Shown: positions 1 to 6,420, counted from the first letter of the stretch. The stretch: 10,075 nucleotides of DNA from a virus (IMGVR_UViG_3300014890_000017), one strand, 5' to 3'. The notes: generated by a model not told the origin, from the letters alone. Translations and numbers: made by a program.

Positions 1-1251
1 GTGCTTACCGATACAAAATTAAAAAACCTCAAGCCGCAGGACAAACTGTACAAGGTCTCCGATCGTGACGGGCTGTATGTAGCTGTGCTTACGTCAGGAA
101 CGGTCTCGTTTCGCTATGACTACCGTATCAACGGTCGCCGCGAAACACTGGTAATCGGGCAGTATGGGCGTGACGGTATCAGTCTGGCAGAAGCGCGAGA
201 AGAACTGATTGCTGCAAAGAAGCTGCTTAAAGCAGGCCAGTCGCCGGCTGCGGCTAAACGTGACGGTATCAAAAAGATTCGTGGTGCCGAGACGTTTGCG
301 GTACATACCGACAGTTATATGAAACACGTCATCCTGGCTGACAGTACCCGCGCAATGAAGCAGTCGGTGATCGACCGTGACATACTTCCGGTTCTTGGCA
401 ACAAAATGATGGCTGAAATTACCACATCGATGGTTCGTGATTTGTGTGACCGGATTGTCGAACGCGGTGGCCGTGCAACAGCAGTACAGGCCAGGGAGAT
501 CATCAGCAGCGTATACCGTCACGCCAATGACCGTGGTCATGGTTTGTTTAATCCTGCGGCTGACATTAAACCTTCGTCTATCGCCATATTTAAACCACGA
601 GAGCGAACACTGACACCAGAAGAAATTGGCCTGTTCTTCCGCACGCTGGATGCCATTGGTGCAATGGGCACTATGAAAATGGCTTTAAAGCTGGTGCTTA
701 TCACTATGGTTCGTAAAGGTGAATTCACCAATGCAACGTGGGACGAAATAGATTTTAAAAAATGGACATGGACAATTCCTTCAGACCGCATGAAGGGAAG
801 CCGGGCGCACGTTATTTACCTGCCTAAACAGGCACAGGATATATTGGTCGGGTTGCAGATGTGCGCTGGTGGAAGTGAATATCTGGTTCCTGGTCGTTAC
901 AACTTCCGGAAGCCATTATCTAATGCCGCGCTGAACTCTCTGATCGACAGAACGGTGAAAATAATAAATGAAGATGGTGAGCATATTCAGGACTTCACCG
1001 TACACGATATGCGCCGTACAGCCAGTACGTTGTTGCATGAGGCTGGTTATCCTTCAGACTGGATTGAAAAGGCTCTGGCACATGAGCAGAAAGGTGTGCG
1101 CGCCGTATATAACAAAGCGGAATACGCCAGACAGCGCGCCTACATGTTGCAGCAGTGGGCCGATATGATTGATTCCTGGATTAACGGGGAGCATACGGAT
1201 CTGATTCCGTTCTCCCCGTCGAAGTTTGAGAAGTGGATGGCGGGGGAATAA
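1..1251 (+). CDS. int: Phage integrase, tyrosine recombinase (P4-like N-terminus)
   Basis: 416-aa ORF opening with GTG at position 1 (true start may lie at or just upstream of the window edge). N-terminus LTDTKLKNLKP...YKVSDRDGLY resembles P4-family integrase arm-binding domains; C-terminus has HDMRRTASTLL (His-x-x-Arg) and VRAVYNKAEY (tyrosine nucleophile). Stop TAA at 1249-1251. Confidence 0.9.
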   Translation: MLTDTKLKNLKPQDKLYKVSDRDGLYVAVLTSGTVSFRYDYRINGRRETLVIGQYGRDGISLAEAREELIAAKKLLKAGQSPAAAKRDGIKKIRGAETFAVHTDSYMKHVILADSTRAMKQSVIDRDILPVLGNKMMAEITTSMVRDLCDRIVERGGRATAVQAREIISSVYRHANDRGHGLFNPAADIKPSSIAIFKPRERTLTPEEIGLFFRTLDAIGAMGTMKMALKLVLITMVRKGEFTNATWDEIDFKKWTWTIPSDRMKGSRAHVIYLPKQAQDILVGLQMCAGGSEYLVPGRYNFRKPLSNAALNSLIDRTVKIINEDGEHIQDFTVHDMRRTASTLLHEAGYPSDWIEKALAHEQKGVRAVYNKAEYARQRAYMLQQWADMIDSWINGEHTDLIPFSPSKFEKWMAGE

Positions 1252-1254
1252 CGT

Positions 1255-1449
1255 TTAATTATTCTGCTGATTTTCTTCCATCTCGGCTTCTGCTGCCAGT
1301 GATTCAATTTTGTCTGCGAATATTGCTGACAGCGTTGCAAATTCAGCATCAGTGACAGCGGGAATGGGAACAAACCTGATCCCGCTGTGTGCAAGCATGT
1401 TTGCAGTTTCAAGGCATTTCCTTAAATCTGCTGGTGATGCCCGGTTCAT
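1255..1449 (-). CDS. Hypothetical small acidic protein (64 aa), translationally coupled to the methyltransferase
   Basis: Internal ATG (MNRASPADL...) of the 1255..1569 ORF; forms an ATGA start/stop overlap with the upstream methyltransferase stop at 1446-1448. Acidic C-terminus (AEAEMEENQQNN). Ends 3 bp from the convergent integrase stop. No family recognised. Confidence 0.45.
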   Translation of the reverse strand: MNRASPADLRKCLETANMLAHSGIRFVPIPAVTDAEFATLSAIFADKIESLAAEAEMEENQQNN

Positions 1450-2096
1450 GCTGCACGCTCCCGCCCCTGGTTGTCTGTTGGTGACAGCGGAGCATTGCTG
1501 AATGCATTTGTTAATCTGGCAATATCCAACGCGTATCCAGGGTGTAGTTGCACTGCCGGGTCTTCGCACTGATTACCCCAAACATCGAAGCCATGAGACG
1601 ACTGGCGGGCGAACAGTTCAATGCGAGAAACATCGCCTAACAATTGCACAAGTTTTTCACGAGCGATATCTGGCTTTCTTGAATGCTCAAGCCGCGGTGC
1701 GGTAAATGACTGAACGATCCCTGCATTAATGCGCGTAGGTAGTTTTCCCTTTACCGCAAACAGGCAATCTTCACTATTGGCGCGAGTCATGTGCCCCATA
1801 CCCATAACCAGTTTATCTGGTTGTCGACTACCACATTTTATCCACGTGAAGCCCTTCATCGTCATCAGACGAAATCCCCAGGCTTCAACAACTTTTAGTG
1901 CTTCGAGTGGTTGTGTTGGCACCCACCACATGGCCAACAGACAGTTTTCATCGGCCAAATCCCACACAGGAAGGCGGCAGATATCCAGCACACTCATAAC
2001 CGGATATTTAAAACCGGCACCGCGATTACCATCTGCGGCTTTGTCCCGGTATACCCAGGGTGGATCTGCATAGATTAGTGTGTATTTCTTAGTCAT
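1446..2096 (-). CDS. MT-A70-family DNA N6-adenine methyltransferase (phage orphan methylase)
   Basis: Conserved DPPW motif (LIYADPPWVY) near the N-terminus, typical of MT-A70/beta-class adenine MTases. ATG at 2096 (MTKKYTLIYADPPW) preferred over the ORF-track GTG at 2108. No adjacent restriction endonuclease gene. Confidence 0.8.
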   Translation of the reverse strand: MTKKYTLIYADPPWVYRDKAADGNRGAGFKYPVMSVLDICRLPVWDLADENCLLAMWWVPTQPLEALKVVEAWGFRLMTMKGFTWIKCGSRQPDKLVMGMGHMTRANSEDCLFAVKGKLPTRINAGIVQSFTAPRLEHSRKPDIAREKLVQLLGDVSRIELFARQSSHGFDVWGNQCEDPAVQLHPGYALDIARLTNAFSNAPLSPTDNQGRERAA

Positions 2097-2388
2097 AAAC
2101 CACCCCACAACATCCTATGCCGCTATAGTCGCCACGGCGAAGGCCGTTACCTTTTGTGATACATTGGTCCCTGCGAACCGCGATCCTTGCACGCTCAACA
2201 TCACCAGAAGCAACATCCATACACTGAAGCCAAAGGTGGGCGGCAATGCGGAACTGCCCTTTTTTCTCTCTTTCAATCGCGCGTTTTTCGATCTCTATCG
2301 CCGCAGGAGTAACGGCAACAACCTTTGAAGGGCTGCGCATTGAAACCTTGTTCATGTGATATTTTTCAAGTCGGCTTAACTTTCTCAC
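2089..2388 (-). CDS. Hypothetical protein (99 aa), coupled to the downstream methyltransferase
   Basis: GTG start at 2388 preceded by GAGGG about 9 nt upstream; stop TAA at 2089-2091 overlaps the methyltransferase ATG (ATGACTAA arrangement). No family recognised. Confidence 0.45.
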   Translation of the reverse strand: MRKLSRLEKYHMNKVSMRSPSKVVAVTPAAIEIEKRAIEREKKGQFRIAAHLWLQCMDVASGDVERARIAVRRDQCITKGNGLRRGDYSGIGCCGVVYD

Positions 2389-2497
2389 TTAATCCAACCC
2401 TCTCTGAAAATTAATGCCAGCAGATAAAGCCATGCTGAAACAGAGGCCAGGAATAAGTACCATCCTGACCATTTGCTCCAGTGCCTTAGCAGCGCAC

Positions 2498-2746
2498 TCA
2501 TGCAGCGTTGCTCACAGGACGATATACACGTTGCTGAACAGGAGGCTTTTTACCCTGGAACTCTGCCGGGCTTGCTGCCTGACGTTCATCAAGCCAACGC
2601 TCAACTTCGTCACGGTTCCATGCGCAGCGTTTGTCAGTGATATACCAGCGTTTAGGAAATTCCCCTGCGCGCTCCATACGGTCGATAGTGCTCCATGACA
2701 GTGGCACCACCGCCAGGAGTTCCTTCTTACCTAATGCACCTTTCAT
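2498..2746 (-). CDS. AlpA/excisionase-family DNA-binding regulator (Xis-like winged helix)
   Basis: 82-aa ORF; LLAVVPLSWSTIDRMERAGEFPKRWYITDKRCAWNRDEVERWLDER matches the AlpA/TorI/Vis excisionase-type HTH pattern (S-x-S-T-I...G-x-FP...W...E-V-x-x-W). SD-like AGAGAGG upstream of ATG at 2746. Confidence 0.75.
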   Translation of the reverse strand: MKGALGKKELLAVVPLSWSTIDRMERAGEFPKRWYITDKRCAWNRDEVERWLDERQAASPAEFQGKKPPVQQRVYRPVSNAA

Positions 2747-2768
2747 AAATACCTCTCTTGGTTGCAGT

Positions 2769-2787
2769 GCGGCGCGTGTTGCGCCGC
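2769..2787. other. GC-rich hairpin (7-bp stem GCGGCGC / GCGCCGC, 5-nt loop) between recT-like stop and alpA-like start
   Basis: Perfect inverted repeat read directly from sequence; no flanking T/U tract on either strand, so not a canonical intrinsic terminator. Confidence 0.3.
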
Positions 2788-2795
2788 GGTGGTGG

Positions 2796-3677
2796 TTACA
2801 TAGATGTTTCGTTTAATTCTTCCCGACGAACGCTGTAAACGTCGGTGGCTTTTGCCAGCAGCTCGTCATCATCTGAAAGTTTTTGTGCAATGTATTTGTA
2901 AGCCTTATCCAGTTCGGAGACAGTGCTGTAATTCATCGCTGCGCTGGTAAAGGCCATCAGCATTTCTTCTGGATCACGGCTATCCGCTTTACGCGTTTGC
3001 TCATCATGCTTTTTCGCTGGTTTAGCGTTGATCAGACTGTTCATTCCCGCAGCAGTAGTCGTTTGCGGAGTAATGTCTCGCTCAACGCGCGGTGCCGTTT
3101 CCTGTAATTCGTCTGGGGTGTAAACACCGAGAAGTACATCAGGAGCGTGCAGGCGAGCCCATCGTTTCGTGCAAAGATAGGCAAGTTGCTGGCGCGGATC
3201 CTGTTCCCACAATGGAGAGTTACGCACTCCGGCTTGCGCCATACTGATGGTAAGCTCACGGGGTTCTGCTTCTCCTTTAAGAACTGCTGACACAGTTACC
3301 GTCAGATTCGGTGATTTATCTGTTTTGCCGTTAACATTCGACCAGTCACCGCTCCAGCGATAATTCAGGCGTGTCGCTAGCAGGCTGGAAGAGGATACGA
3401 CCGCGTTTACCAACTGTGCTTCGTAGCCTAACGTTCCGTTTACCACATGCGTTTTCTGCGCCACGGCGAAAGGGTTCATTCCCCACTGTGCCGCCTGCAT
3501 GGTCACCGCCAGACAATCGGCAGGTTTGCCTTCAAGATGTTTCGGTACAGTCGCTTTGCTTTGTGACATCAACTCCGCGAAACGCACCAGTTGATTCATG
3601 CCCTCCGGGCTGAAGATTGCCGCAGCAGTACCTACAGTTGCGCCTGGTTGTGATGTGATTGCGATATCATTGCTCAT
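2796..3677 (-). CDS. RecT/Bet-family single-strand annealing recombinase
   Basis: 293 aa; segment AAQWGMNPFAVAQKTHVVNG resembles the lambda Bet / RecT core (Bet has QYGLNPW); lies immediately downstream of, and start-overlaps (ATGA), a PD-(D/E)XK exonuclease, the canonical exo-annealase pair. Confidence 0.75.
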   Translation of the reverse strand: MSNDIAITSQPGATVGTAAAIFSPEGMNQLVRFAELMSQSKATVPKHLEGKPADCLAVTMQAAQWGMNPFAVAQKTHVVNGTLGYEAQLVNAVVSSSSLLATRLNYRWSGDWSNVNGKTDKSPNLTVTVSAVLKGEAEPRELTISMAQAGVRNSPLWEQDPRQQLAYLCTKRWARLHAPDVLLGVYTPDELQETAPRVERDITPQTTTAAGMNSLINAKPAKKHDEQTRKADSRDPEEMLMAFTSAAMNYSTVSELDKAYKYIAQKLSDDDELLAKATDVYSVRREELNETSM

Positions 3678-4495
3678 ACGTACATATCCTGTTTACGTGC
3701 CCAGTCAGGGCGTTTAATAATTTCCACGCCGCCCCATTCATCATTGATGCGGCATTCGTGATAGGTATTCAGATCCCGGCGGAACAGAGCGTGCCCGGCA
3801 TCGACATCCGGCGCATCCAGCTCGAACACGCGTACCGGATACCGACCACAATCAATGCTTTCGCTCACGGCAAGAAAGAAAAAACCATGCGGCTGACCAG
3901 TAACCCTCATTGCGCCTTCGCGGTACATTGCGTCCTGCACGTGGTAGCGGAATTCCTCGATGTGGCGTGCAAAACGGTCCATATCTGCAACCTTTTTCAC
4001 GTCGACGATCACGTTGTGCTCGTTCAGCCATTTGTCTGGACGAATGCGGCACAACTCACCAGTCTCTTCATCGTTCCAGTACATTGATGCTTCGCAGTAA
4101 CCAGGTGCTTCCAGCATCCAGCGTGCCGCCGGGTGAGCCATTGCGCTATCACGCATCAGCTCCAGTTTCCGCCACTGCTCGGCATCAAGTACCGTAATCC
4201 CCATATCCGCTACATCACGAAGAAATGCCTCTTCGTCAGCTTTACCTTGTTTTGTCCGACGATCGAATTTCGGTGAAACGATGAAGCGTTTGTCAAACTC
4301 TCCAGGTTCCAGAAGCAGACAGTGCAGAGCAGTACCCATGTCCAGTGCAGACTTCTTCTCTTCGTCTTCTGGTGCTGCCTGAACCCATTTAAGAAGCGCC
4401 GGATTCTTGGCAACCATGTCCAGTTGCGACTTACTCACGCCGTCCCCGGCGTGGTAGTCTTCGTTGCTGATGTCGAAATAAATTCCCGGTTTCAT
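3674..4495 (-). CDS. PD-(D/E)XK exonuclease (exodeoxyribonuclease VIII / RecE-C-terminal-like)
   Basis: 273 aa; N-terminal YFDISNEDYHAGDGVSKSQL and catalytic-like RIRPDKW ... IVDVKKV motifs fit prophage exonuclease VIII-type PDDEXK nucleases; paired with the annealase. Confidence 0.75.
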   Translation of the reverse strand: MKPGIYFDISNEDYHAGDGVSKSQLDMVAKNPALLKWVQAAPEDEEKKSALDMGTALHCLLLEPGEFDKRFIVSPKFDRRTKQGKADEEAFLRDVADMGITVLDAEQWRKLELMRDSAMAHPAARWMLEAPGYCEASMYWNDEETGELCRIRPDKWLNEHNVIVDVKKVADMDRFARHIEEFRYHVQDAMYREGAMRVTGQPHGFFFLAVSESIDCGRYPVRVFELDAPDVDAGHALFRRDLNTYHECRINDEWGGVEIIKRPDWARKQDMYV

Positions 4496-4791
4496 GCCGC
4501 TTCCCTCTGCCCATCAATCCGATCCGCCAGATCCCAGCGGGCGATAATTGCCATTGCCTCGCGACGGTAGGCATCCATCAGTTCTTCGAACTCAGGGCTG
4601 TCTTTAGCAGCCTCCAGTACTTCCTGACGAACGCCTTTGCCTGTTACAACGTCGAAAGTTGAGGACAGTTGATGAAGTCGGATGCTCTCAATCAGTTCAA
4701 CTTGTCGGTCATATAGCTGTTCTGACAGGCGGTAGTCCTTATCGAATGCCAGCATGATTTTTTGAAGATTTTTCTGCTGATTAACGTTCAT
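4492..4791 (-). CDS. Hypothetical protein (about 100 aa), immediately upstream of and coupled to the exonuclease
   Basis: ATG at 4791 preceded by GGGAGGG; ATGA overlap with the exonuclease start at 4495. No family recognised; occupies the position of Gam-like host-nuclease inhibitors. Confidence 0.6.
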   Translation of the reverse strand: MNVNQQKNLQKIMLAFDKDYRLSEQLYDRQVELIESIRLHQLSSTFDVVTGKGVRQEVLEAAKDSPEFEELMDAYRREAMAIIARWDLADRIDGQREAA

Positions 4792-4793
4792 TA

Positions 4794-4946
4794 TCAGCCC
4801 TCCCATATCTCGTTATCGTTGGCCACATCGCGAGCTTCTTTGCTGACGAAAGCCCACTTAATGCCTTCCTGTAAGGTGCGGAACTTCCAGCTCATGAATC
4901 CGCATGCAGTAACGCAGTACCAACCGTTGATGATTTTCCACTGCAT
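4794..4946 (-). CDS. Small Trp-rich ORF (50 aa), first gene of the leftward operon
   Basis: Hand-translated, not in the ORF track because under 60 aa: MQWKIINGWYCVTACGFMSWKFRTLQEGIKWAFVSKEARDVANDNEIWEG. ATG at 4946 preceded by GAGGTAA about 7 nt upstream; stop TGA at 4794-4796, 2 nt before the next gene's ATG. Confidence 0.35.
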   Translation of the reverse strand: MQWKIINGWYCVTACGFMSWKFRTLQEGIKWAFVSKEARDVANDNEIWEG

Positions 4947-4965
4947 AACTTGTTACCTCGGTCTG

Positions 4966-4980
4966 TTACCGTTGAGGTAA
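4966..4980. promoter_or_regulatory. Operator-like palindrome TTACC-GTTGA-GGTAA (leftward promoter, downstream site)
   Basis: Perfect 5+5+5 inverted repeat read from sequence; an extra TTACC half-site sits at 4953-4957. Confidence 0.6.
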
Positions 4981-5008
4981 TAATTATGCTTATTTGGTTT
5001 GGTGTCAA
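4980..5008 (-). promoter_or_regulatory. Candidate leftward early promoter (PL-like)
   Basis: Minus strand shows consensus -35 TTGACA (plus 5003-5008) followed by an A/T-rich -10 candidate (CATAAT/ATAATT/TAATTA, plus 4981-4988; spacer 14-16 nt, so exact -10 is uncertain). Flanked by operator palindromes on both sides. Confidence 0.45.
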
Positions 5009-5027
5009 TAGATATGAGTTAAAAAAA

Positions 5028-5042
5028 TTACCCGTAAGGTAA
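5028..5042. promoter_or_regulatory. Operator-like palindrome TTACC-CGTAA-GGTAA (leftward promoter, upstream site)
   Basis: Perfect inverted repeat; centre is 62 bp from the centre of the 4966-4980 site. Confidence 0.6.
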
Positions 5043-5052
5043 TCTATCTGGC

Positions 5053-5077
5053 AATAAAAAAGCCGCCATGAGGCGGC
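5053..5077 (-). terminator. Rho-independent terminator downstream of the repressor gene
   Basis: Stem GCCGCC / GGCGGC with loop ATGA (5062-5077); on the minus strand it is followed by TTTTTTATT (plus AATAAAAAA, 5053-5061). Confidence 0.6.
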
Positions 5078-5099
5078 TTACTTGCTGAAAACTATAGTT

Positions 5100-5684
5100 T
5101 TATTGTTTGCTTTTTTCGTTCTGGTTGATGACAAATTCAATGTAACTTTCGATCTTTGCTTTCTCTGTTTCAGGTAACAATGCGTAGCGCGAGCGGTCAT
5201 AGTTGATAGTTGCAGGGTCGTGCGGGTGAATCAGTAGTTCATATCCGTGACGCCCGAATGCAGATGCAACATTCTCCAGGGTGGAAATGGAAACGCTGAC
5301 CTCATTGTTTAACAGGCGGCTGATTGTCACCTGGGCTACGCCGGATGCGCGGTGAAGTTTTCCCTGTGTTGAAAGGTCGCGGCTTTCGCTCATCCAGCGT
5401 TCCAGGTTGTGAGCCGCCAGCTGACCAATGTCGCTTGGTCCGACAGGCTGAAAACCCTCCTGAGAAAGCGAGCGATCGATATCAAGCCAGTTACGTGGTT
5501 TATTGGCGGCAGCTTCAATTTTTCGTGCAACCTGGTCGCCGATAACCTTCTTGCCAAGAGCCCAGCGGTTTACCAGATTTGCCTGAGTTCCAAGTTTTTC
5601 TGCCATCCGCGTCTGAACACCATTGAATTCACGGTCGATCAAGTCGTTGAGATTTTGCCTGCGGACGTCCTGGATACTTTTCAT
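5100..5684 (-). CDS. Prophage repressor candidate with two tandem XRE-type HTH domains (CI-like by position)
   Basis: 194 aa; HTH-like segments NGVQTRMAEKLGTQANLVNRWALGKK and LHRASGVAQVTISRLLNNEVSVSISTLENVASAFG; divergent from a Cro-like gene across an operator-rich intergenic region; no LexA/S24 peptidase-like motif recognised. Confidence 0.7.
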   Translation of the reverse strand: MKSIQDVRRQNLNDLIDREFNGVQTRMAEKLGTQANLVNRWALGKKVIGDQVARKIEAAANKPRNWLDIDRSLSQEGFQPVGPSDIGQLAAHNLERWMSESRDLSTQGKLHRASGVAQVTISRLLNNEVSVSISTLENVASAFGRHGYELLIHPHDPATINYDRSRYALLPETEKAKIESYIEFVINQNEKSKQ

Positions 5685-5739
5685 TTTCTGGAAAATCGCC
5701 TCATATATGAATCAGTAGATGATTCAATTTAAAGCAATA

Positions 5740-5754
5740 TTACCCAACAGGTAA
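5740..5754. promoter_or_regulatory. Operator-like palindrome TTACC-CAACA-GGTAA (divergent region)
   Basis: Perfect inverted repeat in the repressor/cro intergenic region; a degenerate adjacent site gcACC-TCATA-GGTAA lies at 5757-5771. Confidence 0.6.
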
Positions 5755-5784
5755 ATGCACCTCATAGGTAACTATCCTTGATTT

Positions 5785-5813
5785 TTGTTACCTTATGGGT
5801 GAATATTTATTAT
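5785..5813 (+). promoter_or_regulatory. Candidate rightward early promoter (PR-like)
   Basis: -35 TTGTTA (5785-5790), 17-bp spacer, -10 TATTAT (5808-5813); the 5788-5802 operator lies within the spacer. Confidence 0.5.
5788..5802. promoter_or_regulatory. Operator-like palindrome TTACC-TTATG-GGTgA (one mismatch)
   Basis: Near-perfect copy of the TTACC-N5-GGTAA motif overlapping the PR-like promoter; centre 48 bp from the 5740-5754 site. Confidence 0.5.
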
Positions 5814-5838
5814 CTGAAATAAATATCAGGCAATAGCT

Positions 5839-6069
5839 ATGAGCGATAACGGACATTTCGATTTCAAAAAGCACTGGCTTGCACTTACTCCGGATGAGCG
5901 TGAAGCCTTCGCACAGGAAGCCGGAACGACGAGTCACTATATCCAGACTCACTTAACAGGTAAGCGCAAAATGCCAGGTAAAGTATTGATGAATGGGCTT
6001 TTTAAAGCCTGTAAAACAAGACAATGGCTGCGCTCAAAAGCAGAACTGGCATACTTCTTCTACTCATGA
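5839..6069 (+). CDS. Cro-like small HTH regulator (Cro/CI-type, YdaS-like)
   Basis: 76 aa; first gene rightward of the repressor; segment EAFAQEAGTTSHYIQTHLTGKRKMP is HTH-like, resembling Cro/cII-type DNA-binding helices. Confidence 0.65.
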   Translation: MSDNGHFDFKKHWLALTPDEREAFAQEAGTTSHYIQTHLTGKRKMPGKVLMNGLFKACKTRQWLRSKAELAYFFYS

Positions 6070-6090
6070 TATCCAGCTACAACCCTCTGT

Positions 6091-6118
6091 AGACCGCCAC
6101 CCGGCGGTCTTTTCATAT
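6091..6118 (+). terminator. Rho-independent terminator after the cro-like gene (tR1-like position)
   Basis: 8-bp stem AGACCGCC / GGCGGTCT with loop ACCC (6091-6110) followed by TTTCATATCT. Confidence 0.55.
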
Positions 6119-6219
6119 CTATTCGTACCTCAAAGGTAATAAATAACCAAATCTGGTTGATCTTTTTTTTGTGTCAGCACAAAATGACCGTAATCCCAAT
6201 ACTAATAACAGGGCTTACC

Positions 6220-6420
6220 ATGGAAATCATTACACGTATTGATGCCGCAAAGCGCGGACTTAAACGCTACTACACCGGAAAACCATGTAAGCACGGACAT
6301 GACAGTGAACGCTGGGTTTACAACGGACACTGTGTTGAGTGCACCATGGAATCAAACCGTCGTATCAGGGCAGAGATTAAGCAGATCATGATTAATTCCT
6401 CCCCACAACATTCAAGCTGA
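6220..6420 (+). CDS. Small zinc-ribbon protein (66 aa) in the cII position
   Basis: ATG at 6220 (MEIITRIDAAKRG...) chosen over upstream TTG/ATG starts that lack an SD; Cys/His cluster CKHGH ... CVEC suggests a zinc ribbon. Function unknown. Confidence 0.5.
   Translation: MEIITRIDAAKRGLKRYYTGKPCKHGHDSERWVYNGHCVECTMESNRRIRAEIKQIMINSSPQHSS

Noticed and set aside
94-791. Minus-strand ORFs 94..540, 315..503 and 537..791 inside the integrase gene
   Set aside because: Antisense to a well-supported integrase CDS, Cys/Arg-rich composition typical of shadow ORFs, no SD or start context.
1475-1487. CTGT-N5-ACAG palindrome in the 3' end of the methyltransferase gene, considered as a LexA box
   Set aside because: LexA boxes have an 8-bp AT-rich spacer (CTGT-N8-ACAG); this has N5, is GC-containing and lies in coding sequence.
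1729-2328. Plus-strand ORFs 1729..2073 and 2080..2328 opposite the methyltransferase and 99-aa genes
   Set aside because: Antisense to coupled minus-strand genes; the composition looks like non-coding shadow frames.
2883-4197. Plus-strand ORFs 2883..3107, 3371..3613, 3659..4087 and 3910..4197 (and minus 3041..3259, 3852..4052, 4210..4413) within the recT/exo genes
   Set aside because: All overlap the strongly supported minus-strand recombination genes in other frames; Arg/Cys/Pro-rich shadow ORFs.
4762-4980. Plus-strand 72-aa ORF 4762..4980
   Set aside because: Runs antisense across the small leftward ORF and into the operator/promoter region; the minus-strand reading with an SD is more plausible.
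5163-5178. CTGT-N8-ACAA near the 3' end of the repressor gene, considered as a LexA box
   Set aside because: One arm mismatched, spacer not AT-rich, and located inside coding sequence rather than at a promoter.
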